Source: Prorocentrum cordatum (Eukaryota). Taken from it: a stretch of 64,000 nucleotides of DNA. The notes under the pieces are model-generated. The model was not told where the DNA came from, ran no database searches, and was given only the letters and a program-made list of their open reading frames with translations. The translations under genes and the position numbers were made by a program. The DNA is taken from contig CAUYUJ010000003.1 of the NCBI GenBank assembly GCA_963575745.1, positions 496,001 through 560,000 of the forward strand, in the 5' to 3' direction. This document shows, piece after piece, positions 12,991 to 26,174 of this stretch (its first letter is position 1; every line of letters starts with the position of its first letter).

Positions 12991-15584
12991 GCCGTGGGCG
13001 TCCGTCGCGGCCTCGCCGCCACCTCGGAAGCTGCTTCGTCATCCAAGTTCTCGCGCGGCGGGGCGCCCTCCGCGGTGGCCCTCCGTTAAACAATGAGCGA
13101 GCCCTCCGTTCAAAAGATGGGCCCCGCGCCCCGGTTTTAACCGACCCCCACGTGGCAAGGAAGAGGAAGGAGGTGTTTTTTGTGCCGCGGGCGCCCGTCG
13201 CAGCCTCGCCGCCGCCCCGCGGGCTTCTTGCGTTTTCCAGGTTCTCGCGCGGCGGGGCGCCTGCCGGCGGCCTCCGACGCCGCCTCGCGCGGCGGCCCTC
13301 CGTTGGGAAGACGAGCGGGCTCAACCTCCCGCGCCTGGGCTTCAACGTCACCCGCGGGGTGAGGCGGGGGAGGGGGGGGGGGGAGAGGGGCGGGGAGGAA
13401 AAAGGGTTTGTTGTGGTGTTTGTTTGTTTTGCCTGCCGCGGGCGTCCGTCGCAGCCTCGCCGCCGCCCCGCGGGCTGCATGCGTCTCCCAGGTTCTCGCG
13501 CGGCGGGGGGGCCGTCGCCGCCCTTTCGACGCCGCCTCGCGCGGCGGCCCTCCGCGCAAAAGATGAGCGGTTTGACCCCCCGCGCCCGGGTTCTGACGCC
13601 CCCCGTGGGGCAAGGAGGAGGAAGGGGGAGTTTGCTTATTTGTCCCATCTTGTTCTTCTGCCGCGGGCGTCCATCGCAGCCTCGCTGCCGCCCCGCGGGC
13701 TGCTCGCGTCTTCCAGGCTCTCGCGCGGCAGGGCGCCCGTCGCCGCCTCCCGGCGCCGCCTCGCGCGGTGGTTGTCCGTTGGAAAGGCGGGCGGGCCCAA
13801 GCTCCCGCGCCCGGGCCCAAACGCCCCCCGCGGGGTAAGGGGGGGGGGGGGGACGGGGACCGAGGAGGAGGCGGTTTCTCTGCCGCGGGCGCCCGTCGAA
13901 ACCCCGCGGCCCCGCAGGCTGCTTCCGTCTTCCAGGTCCTTGCGCGGCGGGGCGCCCGCCACCGCCCTCCGACGCCGCCTCGCGCGGTGGCTCTGTGTTC
14001 AAAGATGAGCGCCCGGGTTTGACCGCGCCCCGCGGGGCGAGGGGGGAGGAAGGAGGAAGAGGGGGGCGGGGAAGGAGGAGGAGGTGCTATCTCTGCCGCG
14101 GGTGTCCATCGCAGCCTCGCCGCCGCCCCGCAGGCTGCTCGCGTCGCCCAGGTTCTCGCGCGGCGGGGCGCCCGTCGCCGCCCGCCAGCGCCGCCTCGAG
14201 CGGTGGCCCTCCGTGCAAAAGATGAGCAGGTTGAACCAGCCGCGCCCGGTTTTTACCGAAGGAGGAGAAAGGGGGAAGAGGGGGGGCGGGGGCGGAGGGG
14301 GAGGTGTTTCGCTGTTGCCGCGGGCGTCAGTCGCAGCCTCGCCGCCGCCAAGCAAGCTGCTCGCGCCTTCCAGGCTCTCGCGCGGCGGGGCGCCCGTCGC
14401 CGCCTTCCGGCGCCGCCTCGCGCGGGGGCCCTCCGTTCAAAAGATGAGCGGGGCCAAACCCCCGCGCCCCCCCCGCGGGGCGTGGAGGGGGAAAAGGGGG
14501 AAGAGTTCGTTGCGTTGCAGCGGGCGCCCGTCGCGGCCTCGCCGCCGCCCCGCGGGCTGATCGCGCGCCCCAGGCTTTCGCGCAGCGGGGCGCCGCCCTC
14601 CGACGCCGCGTCGCGCGGCGGCCCTCCATTCAGAGGATGGGCGGTCTCAGCCCCCCGCGCCCGCGTTGGATCGCCCCGCGCGGGGCGCGGAGGAGGAGGG
14701 GGGAACGGGGAAGGAGGAGGCGTGGATTGTCCTGCCGCGGGCGCCCGTCGCAGCCTCGCCGCCGACCCGCGGGCTGCCCGCGTCTTCCAAGTTTTCGCGC
14801 GGCGAGGCGCCCGTCGCCGCCCCCCGGCGCCGCCTCGCGCGGCGGCCCCCCGCTCAGAAAGCGGGTGGGCTCACCCCCCCGCGCCCAGGTTGAACCGCCC
14901 CGCGCGGGGTGCGGATGAGGAAGGTGGAGGAGATGCGGCGGGGAAGACGGGGGGGTGTCATTTTCTCCGCCGCGGGCGCCCGTCGCAGACTCGCCGCGGC
15001 GCCGCAGGCTGCGAGTCCAAGTCCTCGCGCGGCGGGGCGCCCGTCGCCGCACTCCAGCGCCGCCTCGCGAGGCGCCCCCCCCCCCCCCCCCCCGAGAGAG
15101 AGAGAGAGAGACGAGCGGGCTCACCCCCCCCCCGGGCTCAACCGCCCCCCGCAAGAAGAGGGGGGGCGGGAGAGGGCGAAGATATTTTTTTGCCCCGCCT
15201 CGCCACCACCCCGCAGGTTGCTCGCGTCTTCCAGGCAGGCCCTCGCGCGGCGGGGCGCCCGCCGCGCCCCCCCCCCCGACGCCGCATCGCGCGGTGGCCC
15301 ACCGTTCAGAAGACGACCGGGCTCAACCCCCCGCGCCCGGGCCCAACCGCCCCGCGACGCGCGGGGGGGGGATTATATATATATATATATATATGTATAT
15401 AGATGTGTGTGTGTGTTTATACTATTATTATCATCGTTGTTACTATTATTATTAGTATTCGCATTATTAGTATTAGTATTAGTATTAGTATTAGTATTAT
15501 TATTACTATTATTATTCGTAGTATTATTATTATTGTTGGTATTATTCGTAGTATTGTTGTAATTATTAGTATGAGTATTAATAT

Positions 15585-15652
<68 letters not shown>

Positions 15653-18090
15653 TGAGTATGATTCGTACTGGTATTATTATTAGTTTTAGTATTCATACTA
15701 GTATTAGTAGTTGTATTAGTACTAGTATTCGTACTATTATTATCAGTAGTAACATTATTATTAGTAGTACTATTATTCGTATTACTATTATTATTACCAT
15801 TGGCATTATTAACAGCATTATTAGTATTGTTATTATGATGGTTATTATTATTATTATTATGAGTATTATTACTACTAATATTATTATTAGTATTATTGAT
15901 ATTATTATTAATATTATTATTATTATTAGTAGTATTAGTATTAGTATTAGTATTATTAATATTATTATTCTTCTTCTTAGTATTATTACTACTATTATTT
16001 ATTATTGTATTATTATTTTGTAAAGTACTATTATTATTTGGTAAAGTTATTATTAAACATGAAAATAAAAAAAAGGGGGGGGCGTCTTCTGCCGCGGGCG
16101 CCCGTCGAAGCCTCAGCGCCGCCCCGCGGGCTGCTCGCGTCTTCTTGGTTTCCGCGCGGCGGGGCGCCCGTCGCCGCCCTCCGACGCCGCCTCGCGCGGT
16201 GACCCCCCGTTCAAAAGATGGGCAGGCCCAACCTCCCGCGCCCGGGCCCAGCCGCCCCCCGCGGGGGAAGGAGGGGGGGGAGAGGGCGGTGTGGGGGGGG
16301 GATTGTTTCTCGTTGCCGCGGGCGACCGTCGCAGCCTCGCCGCCGCCCCGCGGGCTGCTCGCGTCTCCCGGGCTCTCGCGCGGCGGGGCGCGCGCCGCCG
16401 CCCTCCGACGCCGCGTCGCGCGGCGCTCCTTTCAGAAGGCGGGCGGGCGCGACCTCCCGCGCCCGGGCTTAACCGCCCCCCGAGGGGAAAAGGGAGGGGG
16501 AGGGGTGGCGGGGGAGGGGGGGGGGCCTTCAGCCTCGCCGCCGCCGCGCGGGCTGCTCGCGTCTTCTAGGTTTCCGTCGCCGCCCTCTCGACGCCGCCTC
16601 GCGCGGTGGCCCCCCGGTCAGAAGTTTTGCGGGATGGACCTCGCGCGCCTGGGTTTAACCGCCCCCGGCGGGGCAAGGGGGGGGGAAAGAGGGGGGGGGA
16701 AGGGGGATGGGCGGTCCTGCCGCGGGCGCCCGCCGCAGCCTCGCCGCCGCCCCGCAGGCTGCTCGCGTCTCCCAGGTTCTCGCGCGGCGGGGCGCCCGCC
16801 GCCGCCCCCCGACGCCGCCTCGCACGGTGCCCCCCCTCTGGAAAGACGAGCGGGCTCAAACCCCCCGCGCCCGGGCCCAACCGCCCCCCGCGGGGCGAAG
16901 GTGGGGGTGGGAGCAGGATGGGGGGGCGGGGAAGGAGGGGGATAGCGTTTGTCTGTTCCTTCTATCTTTTTTCTTTCTGCCGCCGGCGCCCGTCGCAGCC
17001 TCGCCGCCGCCCCGCGGGCTGCTTGCGTCTCCCAGGCCCTCGCGCGGCGGGGCGCCCGCCGCCGCCCTCCGACGCCGCCTCGCGCGGCGGCCCTCCGTTC
17101 AAAACATGGGCGGGCTCGACCCCCCGCGCCCGGGGTTACCCGCCCCTCGCGGGGCGGGGGGGGGGAAGGAGGAGGAGGGGGGGCGGACGGCGAGGGGCGG
17201 GCAGTTTTATCACGCCGCGGGCGTCCGTTGCAGCCCCGCCGCCGCCCCGCAGGCTGCTCGCGTCTTCCAACGCCGCCCCCCGACGCCGCCTCGCGCGGCC
17301 CCTCGCCGTTCAAAAAATGAGCGGGCCCAACCTCCCGCGCGCGGTTTAACCGCCCCCCGCGGTGCATGGAGGGGGGGGGGGAAGAGGGGGGGCGGGGAAG
17401 AATGAGGAGGTGTTTTCTGTCGCCGCGGGCGTCCGTCGCAGCCTCGCCGCCGCCCCGCGGGCTGCCCGCGCCTTCCAGGTTCTCGCGCGGCGGGGCGCCC
17501 GTCGCCGCCCATCGACGCCGCCTCGCGCGGCCCCCCGCCGTTCGAAAAATGGGCGGGCCCAACCTTCCGCGCCCCGGTCTAAACGCCACCCATGGGGCAA
17601 GGCAGAGGCGGGCTCAACCTCCCGCCCCCGGGCTCACAGGCCCCCCGCGGGGGGCGGGGATGGAGTGTTTTTTTGTTTGTCCCTCCTCCCGCGGGCGCTC
17701 GTCGCAGCCTCGCCGCCGCCCCGCGGGCCGCTTGCGTCTGCCAGGTTCTCGCGCGGCGGGGCGCCCGTCGCCGCCCTCCGACGCCGCCTCGCGCGGTGGC
17801 CCCCCGCTGGGAAGATGGGCGGGCTCAACCCCCCGCGCCCGGGCTCAACCGCCCCCCACAGGGTGGGGGGGCAGAACGAGCAAGAAGGGGGGCGGGGAAC
17901 GAGGGTGGGTGCGGTTTTTCTGCCGCGGGCGCCCGCCGCGGCCTCGCCGGCGCCCCGCAGGCTGCTCGCGAATTCCAGGTCTCGCGCGGCGGGGTCTCCG
18001 ACACCGCCTCCCGATGCCGCGTCGCGCGGTGGCCCCCCGCTCGAAAGAAGAGTGGGCTCGACCTCCCGCGCCCGGGTTTAACTGCCCCCC
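12991..18090 (+). repeat. GC-rich tandem array, ~20 units of ~220-250 bp (conserved ~170-bp core + variable G-rich/T-rich linker)
   Basis: The core GCCGCGGGCGCCCGTCGCAGCCTCGCCGCCGCCCCGC...TCTCGCGCGGCGGGGCGCCCGTCGCCGCC...AAAGATGAGCGGG recurs at ~12991, 13184, 13435, 13660, 13882, 14095, 14317, 14734, 14969, 16091, 16315, 16719, 17214, 17423, 17922 and elsewhere. Confidence 0.95.
15373..16075. repeat. AT-rich (TA)n/(TAT)n/(TAG)n low-complexity block interrupting the GC array
   Basis: Directly visible abrupt compositional switch. Confidence 0.95.
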
Positions 18091-18721
18091 ATGGGGCATT
18101 TCTTCGCGCGCGCATGCACCCATGCTTAGAGTTCAAGACAACTTACGCTAGGAAATTTGGCTTCGCTCCGAGCGCTTTCTTGAACAGTTGTCCAGGTCCA
18201 GCAAATTCACGCACGTTCCACGAAGTGAGAGCTCCAAGAAAACGCCCAGGGTCCAGTCCAGATTCTTGATTCTCTTGAAAAGAATTTGGAATCCGCAGAA
18301 ATTTACGGTTTTCCTTGCGATAATCTGCTTGGTGTATGTACTCTGCACAATCGCCCGTGCAAGATATTCCATACCATATCATCCCAGCCGAGCCGGGATC
18401 GCTCCCCCCACGCCGACCCCGTCACAGAGTGCCATGCGCGCACAAATGTTCACCTTGAGTTACAAGTACCCGGTGTGAGATGTGCCGCAAACACCACGCG
18501 CGCGTGTACATGTCAAACTCAGATCAAACACAAGTCCTTCACCTCACCTTGCCACGCGGCGCGCCCGCGTGTAGCGTGCGGCCAGTGCACACATTCGTAC
18601 CAAAGCAACACCATGCGGGCCACATGCGTGCGCCGCCACGCGCGCGTCGAAATCCTTCAAAAACAACAGACTCTTGAAGCATGTCAAGGTATCGCTCTCC
18701 CAAAAGATATGAAAAATAACC

Positions 18722-20172
18722 TGGCGAAGGACCCAACCACATGCTGTTGTGAGTATCAACTTCGGTGGAGCTCACTGTGGCACCAAAAACGTGAGTGGTG
18801 TGCCGACATGTGTGGCGCGGACGCATGTGGGCACCGCCACTGGGGTCTTCGGTGGAGCGTCCTGTGGGGCCACGGAACGTGTGAGGGATGTGCCGAAATG
18901 GGTGGCGCGGACGCATGCGGGGTGCGCCACCGGGAGCTTCGATGACACTTCCCATAGGGCCACGAGGCTTGTGAGGGATGTGCCGACATGTGTGGCGCGT
19001 ACGCATGTGAGCACCGCCGCTGGGGCCTTCGGTGGAGCTCCCTGAACGGCCACGAGACGTGTGAGGGGTGTGCCGAAGAATCTTGCGCGGACGCATGTGA
19101 GCACCGCCACTGGGGCCTTCGGTGGAGCGTCCTCTGGGGCCACGAAGCGTGTGAGGGGTGTGCCGACATGGGTGGCGCGAGCACATGTGGGCTGCACCAC
19201 TGGGTCCCTACGGGGCCACGAAACGTGTGAAGGGTGTGGCATGGGTGGTGCGGGCGCATGTGGGCACCGCCACTGAGGCTTTCGGAAAAGCTCCATACGA
19301 CGCCAGGAAGCGTCAGAGGGGTGTGCCGACATGTGTGGCGCGGACGCACGTGGGCACCGCCACTGGGGCCGCCGGTGGGGCTCCCTATGGGGCCACGAAG
19401 CGTGTGAGGGCGATGCCGACACGGGTGGCGCGGACTCATGTGGGCATCGCCACTGGGGCTTCTGATGGAGCCCCCTGCAGTGCCACGGAGCTTGTGTGGG
19501 GTGTCCCGACATGTGTGGCGCGGACGCATGTGAGCACCGCCGCCGGGACCTTCGATGGAGCTTCCTATGGGGCCACGAAACGTTTGAGGGTTGCGCCGGC
19601 ATGGGTTCCGCGGAAGCACGAGAGCGCCGCAACCGGGGCCTTCGGTGGGGCTCCCTATGGGGCCACGAAACGTTTGACGGGTGTGCCGACATGGATGGCG
19701 CGGACGCATGTGGGCACCGCCATTGGGGCCTTCGGTGGAACGTCCTGTGGGGCCACGCAACGTGTGAGAGGTGTGCCGAAGAATGTTGCGCGGACGCATG
19801 TGAGCACCGCCACTGGGGTCTTCGGTGGAGCGTCCTCTGGGGCCACGAAGCGTGTGAAAGATGAACCGGAATTGGTGGCGCGGACGCGTGAGCACCGCCA
19901 CCGGGACCTTCGGTGGAGCTCCCTACGGGGCCACTAAGCGTGTGAAGTGTATGCCGAAATGGGCGGCGCGGACGCATGCGGGCTGCGCCGCTGGGGCCGT
20001 CGGTGAAGGTCCCTATGGGGCCACGAATCGTGTGAAGGGTGAACCGGAATGGGTGGCGCGGGCGCATGTGGGCACCGCCAGTGGGGCCTCTGGTGGAGCC
20101 CCCCGCTGGACCACGAAACGTGTGAAGGGTGTGACGCAACTCGTGGCGCGGGCGCATGTGGCACCGCCACGG
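18722..20172 (+). repeat. 90-bp tandem array (~16 units) preceded by a conserved non-repetitive head
   Basis: Unit is approximately GGGGCCTTCGGTGGAGCTCCCTATGGGGCCACGAAACGTGTGAGGGGTGTGCCGACATGTGTGGCGCGGACGCATGTGAGCACCGCCACT, with a 90-bp period (18866, 18956, 19046, 19136). The head TGGCGAAGGACCCAACCA is shared with 32955-32986 on the minus strand. Confidence 0.95.
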
Positions 20173-21175
20173 GGGTGGGAGGAGGAGAAGGAAGGAAAGC
20201 GGGGCGCTGTCCCTCCACAGCGACAGTCCTACAATATGGCTAGGAAAAACAACAGCTTGTCAACATAGAATTGACCCAGGTTCTTAATTTGCTGTGCGCG
20301 CGTGCTTCCTCGTCACTCGTCAACCACTATCAGCGTCATCGCAGCACCGCCGCTAACGTGCCAGCCGCCGCTTTTGACACAAATTTCTTGCACCAGCGAC
20401 ACATGGACATCATCACCGTCATCGTCGTCGACAGCCTCGGCGCCGTCATTGGACTTGCCGTTGTCCTCGTCGTCTTCACAACCACCATCGCTAGTATCAT
20501 CATCGCTGCCGCCGCGCCAATGTGATCATGAGATTGCGCCTGCCCGTCTCGCCGACCCGAACTGAAGTGCCCGCGCGCCAGCCCGGCTACGGCCCTTGAG
20601 GTGCGCTTAGGAACTCCCACCAATAAGCGCCATCGCGGCCGCATCAACTGCGTCAAACCAGCTGGTCGCTCTGCGTGCGGGCGTGCCCGCGCCAGGGCGG
20701 TCGCAACAACGCGCTGGCAAGTGCCAGCCAGGAACCGCAGCAGTGGCCGAAGTGTGTTGCCAAACGGATTGCGGGTGGGCGGGCGAGATGCTTGCACGAG
20801 CAATGGAATTGACGACTTCAAGACGGTCGAAGTGAACTTGCACCACATCAGTTGCACCACGTAGAATCCTCTACCCAAAACGGACTACCCCCCTGCCGAG
20901 ACCAATTTTCTCCGCTCGCCTTCGCGCATTGCGTTCTCATTTTTATTTATATGTTTTTGTTGTTCCCCTCGATCGCTCAGTGTTCACCTCCTGGTGGAGG
21001 CACACTTCCGTCTCTACGAGCATTCTCGCGGCGACCACATCATGCCCAGGCACTGCGGCAGCTACTACGGCAACAGCCTATGCTATGCTGTGGGTCCACG
21101 GTCCGGCAGGGCTCAAGCTCAAAAGCAATGCGTTTCCCCTCCCTTCGCCGGCCGCAGGCCCGAGGAGTCAAAGGG

Positions 21176-21220
21176 GAGGAGGAGGAGGAGGAGGAGGAGG
21201 AGGAGGAGGAGGAGGAGGAG
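21176..21220. repeat. (GAG)n microsatellite
   Basis: Directly visible. Confidence 0.95.
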
Positions 21221-22736
21221 GATGACGAGAAGCCGAAAACGGACAGTGGCTGTGTGTGTGTGTGCACCAAACCCCTTCAACGACTCTATAAAAGATGACG
21301 CACAGTGCCTACTCAGTAAGAGCCCATGCGGCGAAGCGGCAGCTGGAAAACAACCCCAATCCTATCAAGACGGGGGCGGGAGCGGGAAAGGGGGAGCGAA
21401 CAAAGAGGAAGCGCGACAGAAAGCCACAACAGCTTGGGGAACGCGTGTGGGTGAAAGCGGTTGGGCGCAGACGCTCGCCAACGAAAACAAAACATCCGAA
21501 AGATGGCGCACGGGCGTTCGAGCGCCCAGCACCGCTGATTCCGAAAACTAACATACCCACGTCAGCCAGGCCACTATCGCCCCCCAATCTCTGTCGGAGA
21601 ACAGCTTGCGGTGCACACGCACTGATTGTGCACAGACGTTTCGTCCGACACCGTATCCGATAATACTATGAGGGTTACGTGCGTGAGCACATGTCGGGGC
21701 CCTTTTCCAAAACCGTTGGTTCTCAACGATGTGTACATGCTATTTAAATATTTTTGTTGTTTTTTTTTGGAAAAAAAAAACGTGGTTGTCAAATAAAGAA
21801 TGCAACATCTAGTGTTCGTGCGCACTCGCTGGAATCACACAACAGCCAAAGGTTGCTTTGCGACTCCGCCAAAGGAAGCCACGTGGACCCCACGCGCGCG
21901 CATGTCGAACTCATTCAACATTCATCGCGTACACACCAACTCTATCAAGTAATGCAACGCGGGCCACACGCACGAATCTCCGCCCGCGAACGACGAATCA
22001 ATTCCCGAACCACAGGTACTTTAAGCATTGAAACATAACATACACATCATATTCCTGAACAGTTTCCTGAACATTTGCGCGCACACTCCCTGATCGTCCT
22101 GATCAACGCCAGCGTTGTCATCATGGTCGGCGTCGTCATCACCGCCACCCGTCACCATCGATATCACGATCGTCGCCGTCAGCATCCTCACCGACGTTAT
22201 CAGCATCATTATCGCCATCGTCATTGACGTTGTCGTTGACCTTGTCATCAGCGCCACCATCATCATCATCACACGCCAACCCGAGTCGAGGATCTGCATG
22301 AAAAGGGTCCTCGCGTCATTACGCCAATTGACTGTCTGAGAGTTGCCAAAAAAGTGCGGGTGAGCCGGTGGGATATGGATTGAAGCATTGGGGCTGATTG
22401 CAACCGTTGGAGTTCACGACATCCACTTGCGCATGGTTATTGTGCCACATAGGAGTCCACCAGCATGGATTGCACCATCTAGCTCGAACAACATAGCATC
22501 CACCACAAACAAGCCTAGATTGCACCATATGCCTTCCACCACATACTTTGCATCACATGGAGCGCAAGGAATCATTGCTTTGGGTGCTTATTGGAATGCG
22601 AGTGAACAGAACAAGTGGAGCCACCTCGGGACCTCCCAGGGCATCATGGGGCCGCCGTCGGGCCGCTTTGGTTCCTCTTGCGCAAGTCGGGGACCGCCCT
22701 AGAGCGTCCGAGGAGGCAGGCCGTCTATTCTCTCCA

Positions 22737-22892
22737 GACGACGACCACGACGACAACGACGACGACGACGACGACCACGACGACTACGACGACGACCGCG
22801 ACGACGACCAGCACGACCACGACTACCACCACGATCGCAATGACGATGACCACAACGACCACCACGACCACGACGACGACCGCGATGACCGC
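22737..22892. repeat. (GAC/CAC)n microsatellite
   Basis: Directly visible. Confidence 0.93.
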
Positions 22893-23150
22893 AACGTCGG
22901 CGGCGCTCGGCGCCGGTCCTCGAGCTCCGCTTTGCCCGTGGCCAACTGCTCCAAGGCCTGCTGCGCCTCCTCCGGCGGAGCCGTCCTCCTGTTTCCCCCT
23001 TTCCCTTCTAGGAATCCAATGTGATGGGCCAATGGGCCAATGTTCCACCACCACCACCATGGGTAGGACGGGGGAGAAAAGAGGATGGGGAGGTCTTCCT
23101 CCTCCTCCTGCCGCGTGGCCGAGGCGCTCGGTCTCTCCTTCGCCCGCGCC

Positions 23151-24519
23151 CTACCGCCCCACGGCTAAGGCGACGACAGGCACCAGCTCCAAAGCCTCCT
23201 CCCGTCTGAGAGGGCGGCCCAAAATGGAGTGCTTCGCACGAACCGCATTGTACAGGAAATAAGCGGCGATGGGAATCTCGCAGGACTTGCGAGACGGATC
23301 CAGCACCCCAAGGCGGTCCAGAGGGTCCCAAGGAAGGACACGAAGCCCCAGCGACTTGGCAACGAGGGCATTGAACGGGATGCAGCACCAGCAGTGGTGA
23401 ACGTGGTCTTCGCCACCTGATTGTCGGGAGCAGCCTGGTTTACAGCACGCATCTTCGGCTATAGACTTCTGGAATCGGCACTGGGCGAGCCTATTCTTAG
23501 AAACCGTGCGAAACCAAGCGGAGGCCAGGGCCGGCTTCAGCTTGGAGGCTACACGCTGCACCTCTGCCCAAGGGATCAAATCGAGACGCGGGCCACACCC
23601 AGGGAACCAGCTCCGATGACGACCATCGAGGAGCGAGCGGTTTGGGTCGGGGTGCAACGTCTGGGAAAACGCACGGGTTAAAAATCGTTGGGATTTAAAC
23701 TTCTCGCGACGGGGGCTCTCTACTTGCATGGAGGCGCATTCAGTCAGATGTTGGAGAAGGAGAAGGTGAAAAGGGTGATCAAGGTGTCCGTTACGTGCTA
23801 CATACATGTGTTGACATATGGCGGGGGATGACCAGTATTCAGGAGAGAGCTGACCCGAGATAGTGTATCCGAGACCACGGTGTTCTTCAGAGGCACAGAG
23901 CAGACGCTGATAGCTCGGTTCCCAATCGTATGTATCCCACGCAGCTCTTGTTCGGGCAGCAAGTGCCACTGCCTGCAAGGATGGGATCTTTGGTCCTCCC
24001 CAAGCGGACCACGAGAAGAACGAGGCTCTCGCCAAGCCACAGAAAGGTAGGTAGAATATTCGGGCCAGCAGCACAGATTCGTCGTGGTCGATGCGAGGTG
24101 GGAGGGGGATGAACTGCGCAACATACGAGAGGGTCGAAGCAACACGAGAGGAGTACAACATGGAAGTAGTAGAAATGGGGGGAATTGGTAACTGCCAGCA
24201 GACTCCCGCGCGTGCGCCACTTGGAGATCGGGGCCTTCCAGGATTGTGCCTCATAGTCGGGTCCGATCCACATCCCCAGATATTTGATCATAGTCACAAT
24301 AGATAACTGTCCCCACTCGGGCACAAGAGCTTCGGCCTTCTCACGGTAAAGCTGGATCAGGTCAGGTGTGATCGGTCCCGCAAGAGGCAAGAACTGGCAC
24401 TTCGCTAACTTGAGACAGAGGTTGGCGAGGGCTTTCGCATTGTCGAAGATGCGCTTGATCTTCGGGAGTACTTCAAGCGATACGATTACCGAACAAAGAT
24501 CGTCCGCACATGCACGCAC
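23151..24519 (-). mobile_element. 5'-truncated non-LTR retrotransposon (LINE) ORF2 fragment: RT C-terminal half + C-terminal Cys/His knuckle
   Basis: Contains ACADDL (RT motif 5, 24499-24510), LKLAKC and IKYLGMWIGP (motif 7). After a frameshift in the G6 run at 24177-24182 come LSYVAQF and the C-terminal CCKPGC..GEDHVHHCWCC. The 5' end abuts a (GAG)n tract. Confidence 0.88.
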
Positions 24520-25089
24520 CTCCTCCTCCTCCTTCTCTTTCTCTTTATCCTCCTCCTGCTCGTCCTCCTCATCCTCCTCCTCTCGCGGAGCCATCCTCCT
24601 GTTCCCCCCCCCTCCCATAGCACGGGATATGTCGACCCCTATCCCAGGCTTCGTGGGGGTTTTCGAATGGACCAGGAATTTTGGGCCAAACCCTGGGATA
24701 TACAATGGGGGGGCGTCCATCCTCGATAGGGGTGCGTCCGAGTAGCCCCCTTGGGGTGTATCCGAAGGTTCCCCCCTTTTCCTCAGAGGCCAACCTTTTC
24801 GTGCGGAACTCGGGAGTTGGGGGGAAAACTCGCCTGCGATCCCAAAAGTCCAACATCTTGTTTGAAGGTGGCGTGCCACGGGCGGGGGGGCGAGCCCCTC
24901 GAGACCCTTCCTGGCTTCTCAGAAGCCGGGTTGTTCCCGGGGCCCTGGAGACTCTCTAGATTTCTCGTGGCAATCTCTGAACCACCCAGCATGGCCCCAT
25001 GCATGGACCACGATAGGCTCCCGATCTACCCAAAGAGACTCCAAAATGACCCCGTCCGTCCAGAACAACCCTTCAAGTTTTGAATCATG

Positions 25090-25350
25090 TTGGCACTTCC
25101 CGCTTGGAAGGCCCAAGTTGGCCCCACGGTGGGCCCAGAAGGCTCCAAAAGAGTCACCGAGGCCCAAACACCCTCTCAGATGGCCCCAACACGCATCCAG
25201 CACGGCCAAGTATGACACCAAGATGGCCCCGGGGCCCCCGATTGGCCTCCAAGACGGCTCCGATCTGGCCCAGGACTGCTCCAAGACTGCCCCTCGACGC
25301 CCTAAAGCAGCTCGCAGACTGACACCCTCCCTCCGAAGCCCTCCAAGGAG
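25090..25350 (+). repeat. CCAAGA-rich dispersed repeat fragment
   Basis: ggcctccaagacggctcc, ctccaagactgccc and ccaagatggcccc motifs. Confidence 0.5.
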
Positions 25351-26174
25351 GTCAACAAAATGGGGCAGGAACACGGAGACGCACGTCGCTGGACGCACAT
25401 GCGGAACATGTGGAGCCGCCCACCTGCTGAATACGCACGCGGACGGCTGGCGTTCCGGGCCACACGAGGGACGAGCGCTGGGAAGACATGCGGCCACATG
25501 TGCATCCAGCCCTCGCCCAGGCTAGCCGCATGTGTATCCAATGTCCTGACACAGAAGCTCTCAAGCGGGCCTTCAACAGAGCCCACGAGTGCCTCAAGAA
25601 GGCTCCGAAACAGCCCCGTCGTAGATTCACCCCTCTCCCAGCACGGCATCCTGGGACTGAGACGGCTTGCCATACAGCTCAATGTTTCGTACAGATATGT
25701 CATCCTGCCCCGTCACTCTTCTTTGAGGCCATCGGTGGCGGGGCGTGGCGTAAGCCTCTGCAATCCGCCCGCCCGTCAGGCTGAGGGGCGTGTGGAACTG
25801 AATTTCGATCATATCTTTCAAGAGCTGAGCCCCGGTTCTCACCCAAACAGGCTGCGCCGTTCCGTCGCCCACTGCGCTCACTTCTTTCTACGAGCCTAAG
25901 ACGGCTCCAAGACAGCGTCCAAAACAAGCTCGAATGTCATAGTAATTCCAACACGATGTCGGTACCTATACTTGATCCATGTTGCCCCCTGTTGGGCTAT
26001 TCTTGGCCTCCAAGATCGGCTCCATGGGGGCCCAAACAAAACCTCTTCGCTACAACCTCGCCGACACATGAAAAAGGCTCACAGCAGACTCAACCATTAC
26101 GTATGTTTGGAGACCCTACACACCAAATCTACATCAGAAGACACATGGCAAATCAACATCGAAATGCGAGTGCA

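Noticed and set aside
12991..18090. CRISPR-like repeat-spacer array
   Set aside because: Repeats are ~170 bp, linkers are low-complexity G-tracts of variable length, and there are no cas genes.
18756..20268. Long ORFs in several frames over the 90-bp array
   Set aside because: They follow from a GC-rich 3n-length unit that is open on both strands.
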